Part shown: positions 32,405-48,279 of the stretch, piece by piece | Layout: the number at the start of each line of letters is the position of its first letter | How positions within the stretch are numbered: the stretch's first letter is position 1 | Assembly (NCBI GenBank): GCA_012295275.1 | Contig: CM022676.1 | Location: forward strand, 18,538,001-18,602,000 | Source: Chrysomallon squamiferum | Taxonomy: Eukaryota; Animalia; Mollusca | DNA: 64,000 bases | Direction of reading: 5' to 3' | Translations under genes and position numbers: made by a program | Notes under the pieces: generated by a model | Told to the model about the DNA's origin: nothing | What the model saw: only the letters and a program-made list of their open reading frames with translations | The model's database searches: none

Positions 32405-32899
32405 AATAATAATTATTATTATTTTATTATTTAAATAAATAAATATGTAAATAAATAAATAAAATAAAAACATACTCATCATTTATAGTAAGAAGTTTGA
32501 TTTTTAATTTATTTATTTGTTTGTTTTTCTTCTTTGTCTCTTTGTTTTTTTTTTTTTTTATTTCACCACATAAAATACAGTATAATATATACTACAGCTA
32601 ATCCATTTTAATATAAAAAAGTAAAAGTAAATTAATGTTTTAAAATAGAGAAATCTCGACCACATCAGTAATAATAGTAATAATGATAATAATAATAACA
32701 ATAAATCTGTTTTAGACATTACTACTAATAAATATTTGTTATATAAACAAAAATATATGTTACTGTAAGAACCATACAAAACTGCATACACAGAAAAATA
32801 ATTTATATGTGCATATTTTTGCATTTTCTGTTGCTAAATTGTTAGATATATTTACAGAATGTCTTGTCTACATAATCAAAGGATGTGCATTGAATTTTC

Positions 32900-34135
32900 A
32901 CTAGACTTATTACAAAATTAACATTTATCTGAATTTTCTATAGCATATAATACCAAATGCTTATTTGTTGTTTAGATAAATAACAAGATCTTGTACTGAA
33001 AATATTTAAGCCCTGTGTCTGTAGTTAGCTTGAATGGAAGATGTGCACTTTTCCACCATTTGTCACCGAACTTTATACCAAAATTATGCTATTTTGTTTT
33101 CTTATTTATTTCATAAAGACTCTTTATTAATAGTTAGCATTAAGCCATTGTAAATCGAAAATTGTGGTGTAGAGATATATATATTTTTTTTATTATTTCA
33201 AAACGCAATGCATGAAAGCCACTATCAAGAAAGATAAAGCAATTTTGATTTACTGACCCCAAAACGAATATCAGTGAAACTCTAGAATATAAACAGTTAC
33301 TCAAAAAGAGGCAATGTCTTCGTCCGAATACACATATTAAATCCACGATATCTTTAATGCATTACAAAATAACTTAATATTTAGTGCTTGTAAACCACCA
33401 TTTTCATAATCGTCAAAATATCTTCTACTTTTTCTTTTTTTCTGACTATTTTATGAGGCTTTTTTATTCCAAATAAACTGAAATTATGAAACAAATATTT
33501 TAGAGAAATAATTTGTTGGATTTGGCAGTAAAGAAGAAATATAAACAACTTTCGATAAAATTAAACTTTCGATTACAGCAATTTTTCCTAAAAGTAAGAA
33601 ACAACGACTGAAGCAACCTTTGAACCTTATTGAACTTTGCATTAAAGTTTAGCTGTTGTATCTGATCCGTGGAAAACCGTACCGCAAGTGTTGTAAATTG
33701 TGTAGCACATTTTAATGTATGTTTTTAACATAATTTTTCTGTGATCATTTTGGTCTTTGCCTAATTTTATTATATCTGTTTTACCTTTATTAACTGTAAG
33801 AACATATATATCGGTAAACTGTTTTAATGTCTCTACATATTCTTATAGAGTTTTATCACACCAACGTGACAGCACTGTTGTGTTCCTGGCAAATTTTGAC
33901 ATTTTAAATTCATTACCGTTAATCTCAATCCCGTGTATATATTTGATATTTCTTACTAAGATTACAAGAATCTCAACACATAAAATGAAAACACCGTGAA
34001 GTAATAGATCCCCTTGTCTACAACCTCTGTACATTTGAAGTGTTTAGTAATCTTACCTTTTATGTATAAACACGATTCATGTTTATTATAAATGGTCGAT
34101 ATTCATCTTTGAATTGAGACACCAAATTTAAATAT
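32900..34135 (-). mobile_element. Degenerate L1/Tx1-type LINE reverse transcriptase remnant
   Basis: RGCRQGDLLLHGVFILCVEILVILVRNIKYIHGIEINGNEFKMSKFARNTTV is a decayed RGxRQGDPLSPxLF...YADD region. Downstream FIWNKKPHKI...YENGGL...ALKISW (about 33480-33340) is typical of L1/Tx1 ORF2. The left boundary is approximate. Confidence 0.88.
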
Positions 34136-34405
34136 TGATTTTCTTTTATTTTCTTTTTTTTTTTTTTTAATTCCACGATATTATATAACTTTTAGTTTCA
34201 GTTTTTCATCAAAATCTACAATTAATTAAGAATAAATTCGAAACACTAAAGGGAAATAATTCAAGCTTTCTCTTCATGCAAGTGGTAAAGGAATTATCTC
34301 CCACTGTATCAGTAAACACTTTTCTTGTCTGCTCTATGAAAATAGTTAAACACGATGTATTTGTTACTCAACATTTACTTTGAACAGTGATAATTAAACA
34401 ACAGA

Positions 34406-34561
<156 letters not shown>

Positions 34562-35456
34562 TTCCTAATTTATTAAAAGAAATTACTCTGTAAGGCGATG
34601 TTCTATGTTAATAAACTGATGGAGCAGAATAAACTGTATATAATATACACCAATATGCCATACTGCTCTTGTACTTTATACTTATAAAAGGTTGGTTTAG
34701 AAAAACAGTAATAACTCATTTTAAATATAAAACAAAACCGAACTGACAGATCTAGAAATGATATAGTTTTAGTAACAGACATGTAGTTGTAGTAGTTGTA
34801 ACAGCTACCTCCAACAGCAGACGTAGTAGCTTGGACATATTAGCAGCCGCTGTCGTAGTAGTTGTTGCAAAATGAAGGCAGTCTGCAGTAGTTAAGACAC
34901 AGTGAAGGTGCAGGCTTAGTGTCTGTGTTGGTTACTTGTATCTACGACACTTGTAACTGTTTTCGTTGTTGCTGTTCTAGAATAAATCCATTTCGATCTT
35001 CTCTAGACTTTTTATTTTCTTCTTCTTCGTTTGTTTTCCTTTTCTTCTTTTAACTAAGGAATGTTCGATATCATCTGATATTTTTAATAAACGTAACCAA
35101 GTATATTGTTTTGTTTTTTATCCCAGTTTAGTGAAGATAAAAGCTAGCTTAACGACTGTTAATGGCTGTTTAATGTTGTCGTTTTATTACAAACCACTGC
35201 TTCCTTTTGATGAGCGAAAAAATCAACAAAAACGAACGCGGGAGCAGGTCAGCACTAATCATAGGAGGGGCAGATACCCACATCCGGTTGTGAACGAAAA
35301 CACAGCAAATGAATTAGCTCTGCCCAATACACGTTAGTTGCAAGCATTGTCAGCAGACGATCAAATTAGAATGAGCAGACGACAGTGTTTTCATTTGGCG
35401 CGGTTTATTTCTCACGTCCTGCTCTTTGCGTATCAAAGGTAACGTAATTAAACAGC

Positions 35457-35559
35457 AAGTTTCATCTACAGTGAACAGGGCGTCATTAACAGAAAGTTTC
35501 ATCTACAGTGAGCAGGGCGTCATTAGCAGAAAGTTTCATCTACAGTGAACAGGGCGTCA
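35457..35559 (+). repeat. 37-bp tandem repeat, about 2.8 copies
   Basis: Unit aagtttcatctacagtgaacagggcgtcattaacaga at 35457, 35494 and 35531. Confidence 0.92.
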
Positions 35560-36224
35560 GTATCAGCATGTAACTTAAGTATAGAATGAATTGTTTTCTG
35601 TACTGATCTGAAATCATTTTTATTGTCATGTCTAACTTTACGTACGTTCACCCATTCTCCTGAATTTCAGACTATTTCCAGGCAAAAGTGGGCTATTCTA
35701 GAAAATACAATAATCAGAAACGAAGACGAAATTGAAAATAAACTAAAAAAGAGCAGAATATATATTTATATATATATATATATATTACTTATGTATGTAT
35801 GTGTGTGTTTGTGTGTTTCGCATTTTATTTCTTTATTGTTTTTTTGTTTTTTTAATTTTCGATTTTCTCACTCAACATTGATTATACAGATTTCAAGGTG
35901 AGAATGTTTTAACAGTACTTTGTAAACAGAAAGAATATTTAAAACAGAGGATATTACGGATGATAACTCAAAATACATAAAAACTAATAATAAATAAATG
36001 TTTTTCAGCAGTGTGGAACTGTTCAGTACCGCAGCCTCGGTTTCATTGGACCGAGATAATTCGCTTTCCAAACAGATATCGGTCATTATTTCGCTTCAAA
36101 CGCTACATTACAGAAATACGTTATTTGTCTTGGAAAGAAAAAACTGAATTCATCTCGTCTGTACTGACAACCATATCACGTTCCCTTTAATCAGCTTCCT
36201 TAAACCTTGCTTAACTATTCGTTC

Positions 36225-36293
<69 letters not shown>

Positions 36294-36933
36294 GAACTCT
36301 CTCTCTCTCTCTCTCTAAATATCGACTTAATTCTATCTTCAAATTCTAAACAACCCTAAAATCACACCCTTATCGCCTAGTTCTTTTTTGAAAATACGAG
36401 AATCCGTGAACAAATTTCAATGAACTCTAACAGTTCGGATTGTCTTCCCTTGACGTCTGCCATTAAATAGGAACGTTTCGAGAATCAAAACAACAGACAT
36501 GATCTTCAGAAAGCTGCGTGGTTTACTGAAGGCGTTGTGTTAAGACCAAACTTTCAAAAACAAGCCGTCATTGTTGTTTGTGTTTGTTTTTAAGTTGCGC
36601 AAACAGCCCTTTTAGTGTCCCTGTGGTGTAAATTTCTGTGTTTTAGTGTTTGAAAATATCGTTGCAAAACCAAGATGGAAAGTGGATATCAATAATGCTG
36701 TATTCAGAATCAGAACATTGTTATGTTTATTTATTTTTTATAAATAAATAGAGTCAGTTTTGACATCGCGTTTGAGTATATCATTTAAGGAGTTTCATAA
36801 TTGTGTGTTAAATAATGTATATAGAATTATTTGACATCATTTTTAAATTTATATAAAAATTTAATAAAATAAATAATATCGAGTAATTAAATGAATAATT
36901 ATAAAACAAATAAGTAAAAATAAGTAAATGAAT

Positions 36934-37013
<80 letters not shown>

Positions 37014-37346
37014 AATGCTAATAAATAAATAAATAAGTCGGTATAGACCACATAAACAGTAATAACAATAAAACCAACCAACCATTACACAGATTACACG
37101 CTAGTGCTTGTGTCACGGTTGACGTGGGTAATTCACTGTGGTTTGAATGTGTTCTAATTTAATCTTTACAATCACATCTTATCATCCTAGCCCTTGGCCC
37201 TTTCCCTAGTAATGTCCAAATAATGATTTTATCTGCATAGTTCGCCCGTAAAATAACAGAAACTAAAATATTTGTGTTTAGTTCGTTTCATCACATAATA
37301 TGTTGTTTATATCTGGCAGTGGTTTTATGTTTATTTAATACACATG

Positions 37347-37383
<37 letters not shown>

Positions 37384-37453
37384 TACATACATACATACAT
37401 ACATACATTATATAAATGCTACATGTACGTTCATATGTACGGAAATAACTGTG

Positions 37454-37555
<102 letters not shown>

Positions 37556-38126
37556 ACATCTTCAAAAAAGAAAATCTGAGACAAACAGAAAACAGGTGTG
37601 CTCTCTACTCATTTCATCATACGTACAAATTAAACAAATAAATAAATAAATAAATAAAGTTTAAAAATACTGTCATTTTTCATCATCTCGTTTTAAAAGC
37701 TGAACTATAACTGGTTTAAAAACAGAACTAGAAACGAAATAAATAAGGAAAGGAAGACAAAATGAATGATAGAAAGAAAGATAAAAGGAAAAGAAGACAG
37801 CTTTAATATTTTACTGTGGTGTAACAAAAACCAAGCTTTTGTCATAAACGTCTCTTAATCAATGCACTGGCAAGAAAAACAAACAAAGTAAAAAAGTCTA
37901 GAAGTCGACAGTGGACGAAGTCGTACTTGTTGACATTGTTTCAACTAGCAAATATTTATTGTCAATCTTTTGTTGACCTGACCTCTTCATCCGCCACTGA
38001 AACAGTGCGACATTGTTACAGCGTTCCTGTAACAGCTGTTTGACAGTGGCGTTGTCGTTGTTGTTGTTGTAGCAATTAAAAATAACTAAATGAATAAATA
38101 ACTAGATATATAAATAATTAATTAAA

Positions 38127-38162
<36 letters not shown>

Positions 38163-38374
38163 GAAACTGTGAAGGTGTACCTGTATCTCTATGTGAGTTC
38201 CTGTATATCAGATTCTTAATATAAACAGTTTTCACTGATAACTGAATGAAGTACAAACAAGTTGTGAGAAATTAATGTACAGACATTCACATTCATAAAA
38301 TGTACATTAATGTCACGTACGTTTGGCTTAAATATATTTGCACGTAATACATACTGTATCACACACAGACACAG

Positions 38375-38414
<40 letters not shown>

Positions 38415-40309
38415 TATGTAGTCATATATATATATGTTATATGTAGTCATACATACATACATACATATATACAGATACACACATACAAACATCATGTACA
38501 CATTATACAAGGAACCACCCATTCATCTGTCATTCTTTTTATTCATCCACTAATACATTCCCCTGACATAACAAGCAAATCAGTACCTTCGTACGGAGTG
38601 TTTTACTTAATAAAAATAAAAAGTAAACAGTAAAGAAAGAAAGAACGTTCCCTTTCCATTTATTGAAAATGTTTTCCCGTCTCTTCACCCATCAGTTCAT
38701 TTCTTTACTCAGTTCTACAATAGGAGATAGTTTCCCACGATGTGTTTGAAAAGAGTAGTTTCTATTTTACTGTTTAGCTCTTCTGTTTGAGAAATATGTC
38801 ATAGGTAGATGTAAATACAGTGGTGTTCTGTTCATATATATATACCAGTATAAGATGGCGTATATGTTATATATATATGTGTGTATGTGTGGTGAGTATT
38901 AAACTTCATATTCATACAGTGCAAATAGAAACTTGTATATTATAGACACATATATTTTAAATATAGTGTTTTTTGTTAAATATATACATATATGGTGGAT
39001 TATATCTTATATATGTGGTAAGTATTAAATTTGATATGCGTGTAAATAAATACTAGTATATTGTAGACATATATATTTTAAATAGACAGTAATGTTTGTT
39101 AAGTATGTAAGTATAAGATGCAGTATATCATATTATACGTGTGGTAAGTATTAATATACATACATGTAAATAATTACTAGCATATTGCAGAGAGATATGT
39201 GTGGGTTTTCTTAAATATATCAGCATATTATGATGCAGTGTAGTGATATGTATGGTAAGAACATGCATTAAACTTGATGTACATTCAATGGTAAATTTAC
39301 AGGATATTTTGGTATCGTAGAATTATAGCCTGTATATAATAGTACATTAAAGGTCGTTTTCATAATAACTTAAGTAACAAATTGCCTCTGTGGAAGGCAG
39401 AAGTAAATACATGTATGCATATATTATAGGTAAACACACACGCGCGCGCGTTTTCATCCTGTCATTCATTCATTAATTTTTTACTCATTTATTTCTTCAC
39501 ATCCGTTTATTCATTATTTGTCCCTTTAGTTTCATTCATCATTTGTTTTTTTATTGATTCGTTAATCTTTTGTTATTTTATTTGTTCATTCATTGTATTT
39601 TTTATTCATTCCTTTCTTCTTTCATTAATTCATTGGTTAATGTTTCTTCTTCCATCGATTCATCCATTTATTTACTATTTCATTTGTCTCTTTACTCATT
39701 CTCACATCTTCTCATCAATGTACTAACAATACGTGGAGGTACGGAGTTGTCATCTTAAACTTTGTTTATTTTATCTTAAAAATTGTGTAATCTGTAATAA
39801 ATACACATCAGTCTTTCAGATACAATAATCCTGCATTTGCCCAGTCATCAATTTTCTCATAACGATTTTCATTTTATTTATTTATTTATTTGTTTTCCAT
39901 TTCCGGCCGTATTATTTTTCTGATCTTTTTTCTTTTTAGATCTTTTTTTCTTTTATATATTTATTTATTTATTTATTTATTATTATTTTATTTTGTTGAT
40001 CAGATTACATTTTCAGTTTAACAAACAGAACTACGTTAATTTGTTGTTGTTGTTGATCAGATTACATCTGACATGTTTGCAACGTCAGAGCTAATATATT
40101 TTAAGTAGTAGTAACATCAGTAATAGCAGTAATACTAAGTGATAGTAGTGTTAGCAGCAACAGTAATAGTAGAAGTATGTATGTGTTTCTGTCAAGTTAG
40201 TTTAAGCGCATTTTAAAAACATTTGTATTTAACTGATTTTTCTTATTAATTTTGTTATTATTTTTTTAATATTTTGTTATAAACGTGCCCTTTCAAAATC
40301 ACCATTCTG

Positions 40310-40885
40310 TACTTATTTCACCTCGTCACGTCGTCTTCCCCTATACCTCCCCCACACCTCCCGTCTCCCGCCACAAACGACGAGATTTAAATACAGGTGG
40401 CAGACGAAGATACAGACGCTTGCGTTCGTTATTTTAATAACACGAGTATTTCCCATTAACAAAGTCCTTTCTGCAACAACAGGGGTCTCGTGTTTCCATG
40501 GTAACCACAGCCTGTGCAATGAAAGAGAGTAAATTTTTACAGCAACGCCCCCTGCTCCCCCCACCCAACCCCGCATGTTACCAGCTGATCGGCCGACGTT
40601 TCCTCCACCCAGTGTAGGTGAGTCTGAAACACGACGTGTGCGACGACAGCTCAAAACACTTTTGTTGTCGCTGTTTAGCTGAACGATTCTTCCGTTCTGC
40701 TTGACTGGTCGGACGGAGAGTGGACACGCGTCTCATTGTTGAAACTGGGAAGAGGCAGTCACGGTTCAGTGAACGCGATTGCTTTCCAGTTTTAAAACAC
40801 TCAGCAGTTGTCAGAGTCGAGTCGAGCTGACTTAGATGTGCAGTGATTTTTTCTTCTTACCGATTTTCCGCTGGATGTGTTTTCC

Positions 40886-40924
<39 letters not shown>

Positions 40925-40959
40925 ATTTGTGGTGAATTTATTTCTTGAATTCTTACATC
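40310..40959 (+). promoter_or_regulatory. CpG/GC-rich promoter and candidate non-coding first exon of a large + strand gene
   Basis: Clear CpG-rich island in an AT-rich background, with C-rich boxes and RFX X-box GTTTCCATGGTAAC (40492-40505). Ends at donor GTAAGT (40960). Downstream DNA looks CpG-depleted by eye. Confidence 0.6.
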
Positions 40960-41510
40960 GTAAGTTAATATTTAATAATCTCATTTTTTATTATATTCAT
41001 TTTCTTATTATTACTGCTTCTATCGTTGATTATTATTATTTGTTAAACTGTATAAGAAAATGAAATTACAAAATAATAATAATAATAATCAAAATAACAA
41101 TAACAATAAAACAACAATAATAATAACAGCATTAATAATAGTAAGTAAATAAAATAATTAATCATTTTAACATAACTCCAATCATTTTTAATTTGTAGAA
41201 GTTTTTAAAATTGATCTTCTTCTTCATCTTATTAATTTTATTATTATTGTTATTGATTTTATTATTACTGTTTCTGTTATTAGTCATATTATCATTATGA
41301 CCATAATTACCATCACTACTATTACTATTATTATTACCATAACTATTTTACTATTACTACTGCTACAACTGTTGATGCTCTTACTGTTGTTTCTATTTTA
41401 TTGATTTGTTGTTCCTATTATTATTATTATTGTTAATCAAGTAATTTAACATTTATTTTAGGACAGCTTCAGAATCACTGGACGTGAAGTTCACTTTTTC
41501 TTTTCTACAG

Positions 41511-41847
41511 CCTCAAAATTTCATCCAGTATTATGACAAACAGAAAATAAATGAGAAATTTTGAAATTGTTGAAAAGGAAAACCAAAAAACAACTTGTTT
41601 TTATTTAATACTGGATTCTTCGTCATCACCTGAAACAGACTGTCAAGTTGTGAGTTCAGAATGTCCACCAGAGTGACCATTACAACCACCAGTGTCTAAC
41701 TGTCTGTTTGTAAAGTATTAGACGTCTGGCCATTCTGATTTAGTGTTCAGTTCTGTCTGTCTCAGTGTCAGTTTGTATATGAAGAAAAGTGACTGGAATT
41801 TTATCATTCTCAATTTGGATGGTTTAAGGATATTTAACTGAAATAAT
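41511..41847 (+). other. Candidate second (non-coding) exon
   Basis: Strong acceptor ctttttcttttctacag (ends 41510) and donor GTAAGT at 41848. No long ORF. Confidence 0.45.
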
Positions 41848-44800
41848 GTAAGTTAAATTTTAATTATTCACAACTGTCTGTTTCTGTGTCTCTCTCATTC
41901 TAAAGTTCTGCTGCTCTCTTTCTCTCAATCACACACACACACACAAACACAATTGAAGTTTATTTTTGCAATGTTGTGTTAATTTCCAACTAATGGCTAA
42001 ACACTAATGTAATATAAATATTTTTAATTATTATTCAGTAAGTTCTTAGCTGAATGTTTTTAATTGTGTCCATGAAAAGGTGTGAAAACAGGAATAAAAT
42101 AGTAAATTTGTTTCTACACTGTTTCTTGCTGGTGGTTTTTTTGGTTGATAAAAACTGCAGACTTTCTTTCTCTGACTCTCTCTCTCTCTGATTTTCCCTT
42201 TTTCTCCATCCTCTTCTCTTTTTCTCTCTTTTTACTGATTCTAATTGCTGTTTTACTTTTATCTGTGTCTGATTATCACACTCAAATAATTATCTACTTG
42301 TAGTACTACTCTATACTTCCTATCTCCTGTATCTATCAAAGAATTATCATCTCTCTTTCTGTATGTTCACATCAGTCAAACCTGAAACACATTCATCTAA
42401 AATAACATTTAGATTTATGTGGTTTTCCTTTGTTAATTAAAACTCTGGAAATCCAACATCATTTTAGTCATGATTTATTTTGATCTGAATGTAACAGAAA
42501 CAACAATCTCTATTCACTTATCACATCCTGTATTTATAATTAGTCCTATTTTTCATTCTATTTTCATGTTTTTTAATCATTTCTTTTCATTAATTTCTAT
42601 TTTTGTTGTTATTTCACTTAAATCATCTTTCACTTTGTATGCATCTGTCCACTCAGCTATACTTTCATCTATCTGTTACTTATTCATAGTCATCCACTTA
42701 ATCTATCCTGTCATCAGTAACTATTCATTTATCTGTTAATCTGCTGGTCCATGCATCCATTAATTTATTTTCCAAGTTTCCAAACATCTGTTTATTTATG
42801 TATTTAGCCAAATATATTTGTTTATGTTTGTCATTCCTTCTGTCTATGCTTGTATTAATATATCTATATATTCATTCACCAACCCATCTGTTCATCATTC
42901 TATCCACTGATCCTTTCATTCACAAAATATTCAACTGTCTTTTAATGTATCCATCTATTCATCCATCTGTAGTTGGATATATTCATTCATTCATTCATTC
43001 ATTCATCCATCTGCCCTAAAAAATAATAATTAGCAACAATTTCTTTCTTAAAAAGTAAGTTTCTTAGACACAACAGTACTGCCCATGTTTATCATGCTTC
43101 AACCTCAGAGAACACAGCAACTTATTCAATGTGATTCTAAAGTAGCTTATTCAGCAACAGCAGTGAAGGCTATAAACAGCTTAATGAAAAGATGACTGTG
43201 TTATACAATAGTGTGTACATACACACGTGTGTATTAAACAGTCTTATTATACCTGTCTGTTAAAATTGCATGGAGTGGGCAGCTTTCTATGTGTGTTTGC
43301 TACCGACATCTGGTTTTATGTTTTATTGACCTTTTGTTATGAATAATTAATATTTACTTTCTGATCGGCTGCACTTGTTATCTCAGGTGAAAGTTTGTTG
43401 ATGATTTTACAGGTAAGTGATTTGTACTTAACGAAACTGATAAGTGTTTCCATTCATGTGAAATCAATTATAGTTTTTATTACCGTCACTTAACTTTATT
43501 TTTATTTACTTCTTCTTCTTCTTCTTCTTCTTCTTATTATTATTATTATTATTATTATGATTATTATAAAGATGCTGATAATGATAATAATGATGATGAT
43601 TATTAACTAAACTTAAATTATGTTTTTGTTATTGTCATCCACATCATTATCATCTGCATCTTCAACAACATTAACATTATTATGATTATCAGTATTAAAA
43701 TCAACAATAGCATCATCATCATCATCAGTATAATCATCATCTTTATCATTAGTAACATCAGCATAATCATTTTTATCATCAGCAATATCAGTATAATCAT
43801 CCTCAGCCTCATTACCAACAAACGCAGCATCAACAACATCATCTTCTCTAGACAATCGTCTTCATTATCATTATTGTCAGAGCAGCAACAGTGTGAGCAC
43901 TGAAACTGCGTCTGTATGTAAACAGCTGTTTGAACTTTTCAAATCTCCTATTAACAGGTGAAAAATGAGTAAGTGTGTGTGACTCATGAAATGTATTAGT
44001 ATTTAATAGCATTTGTCTCAGACCAGTTTCTACTTAAGGTACAGAAAGAAATATTTGTGTTGTTTCCTTTTTATTGTTCAGAGTAATAGATGATAGATTT
44101 GGTTTGCATCTGTATATGGACATGTGTGTATATACTGCATATCTCTATAGTGTATGTTTGGGTATTGGGTTTCTGTTTTGTGAGTATTAATGGAGAAATT
44201 ATTTAAATGAATAAAATTATCTAGAACTAAATGGATAAATGATTGGGTAAATGGGTGGATGGAAAAATTAAAACAAAATGTAAGATAAATGCATGGATGA
44301 ACGAACATGTTTACCCTAAATTGTTATGATTTAAGCAAAACATTACACCAAATAAAATATAACTGAGAAGATGATGACGATGATGATAATGATAATAATT
44401 TGACAAGTTTTTTTCTACCATAATATTATTGTGTTTTTTTGTAACATGATCCATAGCCATAATGTACGATTCTGATACAATAACTAGCAAAATCCGCTTG
44501 AAATCCATACAACAATCCAGTCGATGGATGCAGACTGGAAAGTTTACCTACTTTTATTGTGTCCATTGCTGCAGCACTCCGCCAGCAAATTGCCTAGCCA
44601 TGTAGTCCTTAAGTGTTCTCTGTTTAAAAAACAAAAACTAAAAAATGAAGAGCTGCCTTCAAAGAACACTTCACAGGTTATTGTTTTCTTGTAAGCTCGA
44701 CTTCTGCCGACTGCTGTACATTGATTGTCTTTGTGTCGTGTCGTCTGCCTCTGTCGCAGGATTAATTGCCGAGTGGCTGATTGGAACGAATGTTTATCAA

Positions 44801-46609
44801 AGACAGATTATGTTTAAGTGCAATACTGAAGAGGCTTTTGTCATTCAGTTTGTAAGAGAATTAGCAGCAGATAAAGGCTGGCGTGCTTTTCTCCCACACT
44901 GTGGGATGTGTAGTGTTTGGTGGCTTTCAGAAACCTGATGGATTGATTACCATTCTTCAAGTATATTACACTGTTTTGCTGCAGATGTGATGTTATGGCA
45001 TACAGATTTTCTTCTGCTATCAACTAAAAACACTACATACAAACTTTGTTTTCTGAAAACCACCTTCTGGTGTCATCACAAATAAAATACAACTGTCAAC
45101 CACCAGCTATGCTATGACATCATGACGTCAGTTGTGAAGTGGCAAAATGGTGCGTTTCCAGTAAACAGTTTTATTGAAATTTCTTGTCAGTGATGGTAGG
45201 TCACCAGAAACTTTAAAATGAAAACTTGCAAGTATGTAGAATTGTTTTACCAACACAACTTCTTTAATAACGTGTGCAAACCTAGAGGCTTCAACTGTTA
45301 GATTATAACTCCAGTGAAATTAAAATTAAGAAATTTTATAGATTTTATTGTGTTTTTAACAGTACGTATAGAACTGCTACACAAACACCCAGACAAATGT
45401 AAAAACATAGACACATACAGACATACAGATAAATGTAGAAACACATATGCACAGACATAAAGACAAATGTATAAACCCAGAAATGTACAGACACACGAAC
45501 AAATGTATAACTGCAGACATGTACATACATACAGACAAATGTATAAACATATTTCTATTTTCTCTGACATCTGTTTACTTACAACAGTTTAGATTGCATC
45601 ACCTGATAAAAAATTTTATTAAACAATTTCACTATTCTCAGGTAACATGTGTCATTAATTACCTGTGACACAGGTGTCACAGCATACACCTTATGTCACC
45701 TGTCTGTTTGTCCACACTCTATCTGTCCATCAATCTTTCCTCTGTATAGCTGTCTCACTGTTTATTCATTCATTTCTCTCTATCCATCTAATCCTTCCAC
45801 ACAACCATCTGTACACCCTGCATCCATCCATTCATCTATCCTATATCCAGCCACACCTTCTTCACTCCATCCATCAGTTCATCTAACACACCTGTATCAA
45901 TCTCAGTTCACTCCTCAGTGCATTTATCCATCCGTCTATTTGTCCATCCACGCACAGGTGTTGGAATCACAAGAAACAACAGACGTGTAACATAAACTGT
46001 TACAGCTCACTAAAAACATCTCAATACCCTGACTGTCAGCCACCCACCCACCTCTGCGACTACCTCCCCCCTCGCCAGTTTCTCTGTGATCAATGAAGCG
46101 TGACAGGGTTGCTGACGGGAGGCTGTGATTATTGCCAAATCTCACGCACTTGATTCTGTCACAGAGTAATTTCCTCTTCCCGTATTCCGTGTCGTTCTTT
46201 TATCGGCTTCGTGGAAATCAATGTATCGTTTTAAATAAAGACTGCTTGGTGGCTGCTGCTATTAGTCGCACACTCGTGGGATATTGTTTCTTTTTATATA
46301 CCAACAGCACCCTCTGGTGGAATACACATCGGTAAGTTAGCATCTTTGATACTTTAAACTTCTTTTGTTGTTCTGCTCATTGCTGGTTAATTTCAGATTG
46401 TTTCCAGTTACTTGAGAAGTGTGTGTTGTGGTTTTTGTTTTTCTCTCAATTTGTAATGATTGTCTTATTGTGTTTAGTGGAGTGTAGAGCTGTTTTTGTT
46501 TCTTAATTTTGTCCATTTTTGTGAAATTATCATGTTATTGGAACAATTAATTATGTTGTGTGTGTCTTTATGTGAGAGACTGCATATATGGTGTGTGGGT
46601 GTCAGTGTC

Positions 46610-46685
<76 letters not shown>

Positions 46686-48279
46686 GGTGTGCATGTGTCA
46701 GTGTGTGTGTTAGTGTGTGCATGTGTGTGCACAACAGCAATGACACAGGTATGTGTGTGTATTAATTTTGTTTTTTAAAATACTGTGTTACAGAAGTGTA
46801 CTATACTCAGTGCAAATTTCAGAAAGGTTTTGGATGGTTGACATATCTGAACAACACCAGTTGATGTCTAAAAATATCTGTTGATGCAGTTGTTAATGGT
46901 TTTAGTTGATGTTAAAATTAACAACTTGCTGATAGTTGTTACTTTAATGGTTAACATGGTTTTAAAAAAAAAAATTTAATAGAAAAATGAAATAAACAAT
47001 AAAATATATATAAATTTAAACAAAAAAGAAAACATCATGCCCAGAATCCAAAAAATAAAATTGATAAACAGCAATAATAAAATAAATAAATAAATAATAA
47101 AACTGATTAGATAAATAAATATGTTAATAAATGAATATGAAATTAAAGTTGGTAAAGTAACAAAAACAACACTTTGTTTAGAAGCAGTAGGTGAAGTCTG
47201 TGTTTATTTGATGTTTTTCTGTGTTTGTGTGTGTGATTTGTGTTTTTCATATTTAAACACTTTCAGTACACTGAACATATGTATGTTTTATGTTTCTATA
47301 CGCATGTGGTGATATTAAAAAACAAAAAAAAACAAAAAACAAATTGAAGATTTATTAAAATTATTTCTAAGTATTAAAAAGAAAGAACTCTTCTGCTGAT
47401 TATCTGTTTTTAAAAGTTACATATTCTTAAAATTCTCATTTAACTAAAAAGCAACATCACATTTTCAAGACACCATTAAACTAGACATAACCCCTAAATG
47501 ACACCTCCTTAACATTTAAATCTTTTTTTATTTTTTATTTTTATTTTAAATCTAAATCCTGTTACAGGGTTACTGCTTTAGTTCCCTTTCATACATCTGT
47601 CACTTGAAACGTTTTACAACAGAACATTGTCATACCCTCACCCCACCCCCTTTTTACAGCTGTTACCTCTACCAGGGCCCTCTTATGGGATCGCTGTGTT
47701 CTTAGGGATTATATTACCAGTCTAACCCCTAACAATGGCCTTAAGCAGGAAATGCCCTCAACACAATTCTAAAGCTCGTAGATAAAGGAGACAGCTTTTT
47801 CAAGTTGGCGTTGTTTTATTACCGTAGAGGAAGTGTGTTGATGTAAATGTGGTTGACGATGGCTCAAATTTAATAGAAAAAAATAGAATCAATTATTTTC
47901 CACTGTGATAGCACACTGAGATGTCATTTACTATTTATGATTTTTGTTTCGGTTTTTTTTTTCTCAAGTGCTGAATTTGTATTTCGGAATATTTTTAATT
48001 TTTTTTTTTCTCGTCTGAATGTCTGTGTTGCTACCATTGAAACAATGTTTTATAACTGAATTTTTGAAAATGTATATATATTTTTTTTATTATTACAAAT
48101 TGCTCATTTAATATTTATTTTATTTTATTTTATTATTTTGACTTTGACTGTTCATTACTTTTAAAAATATTAGGATGTAAAGATGCTTAAGAATTTGAGT
48201 TGTTTATGTGATTATAAATGTTTTACTTTATTTATGTTTCACATTCATGAGTGAAGTCTTCTGAACTATTGAATAATTA

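Noticed and set aside
35457-35559. 37-bp direct repeats of CRISPR-like length
   Set aside because: The copies are head-to-tail with no spacers, so this is a plain tandem repeat.
43613-43903. Asp-rich acidic ORF resembling a biomineralisation protein
   Set aside because: It is a degenerate (CAT)n/(GAT)n repeat open in several frames, with no signal peptide or exon support.
45020-45300. Possible MITE remnant (also 53440-53690 and 26290-26420)
   Set aside because: The texture is repeat-like, but I could not establish TIR pairs or TSDs.
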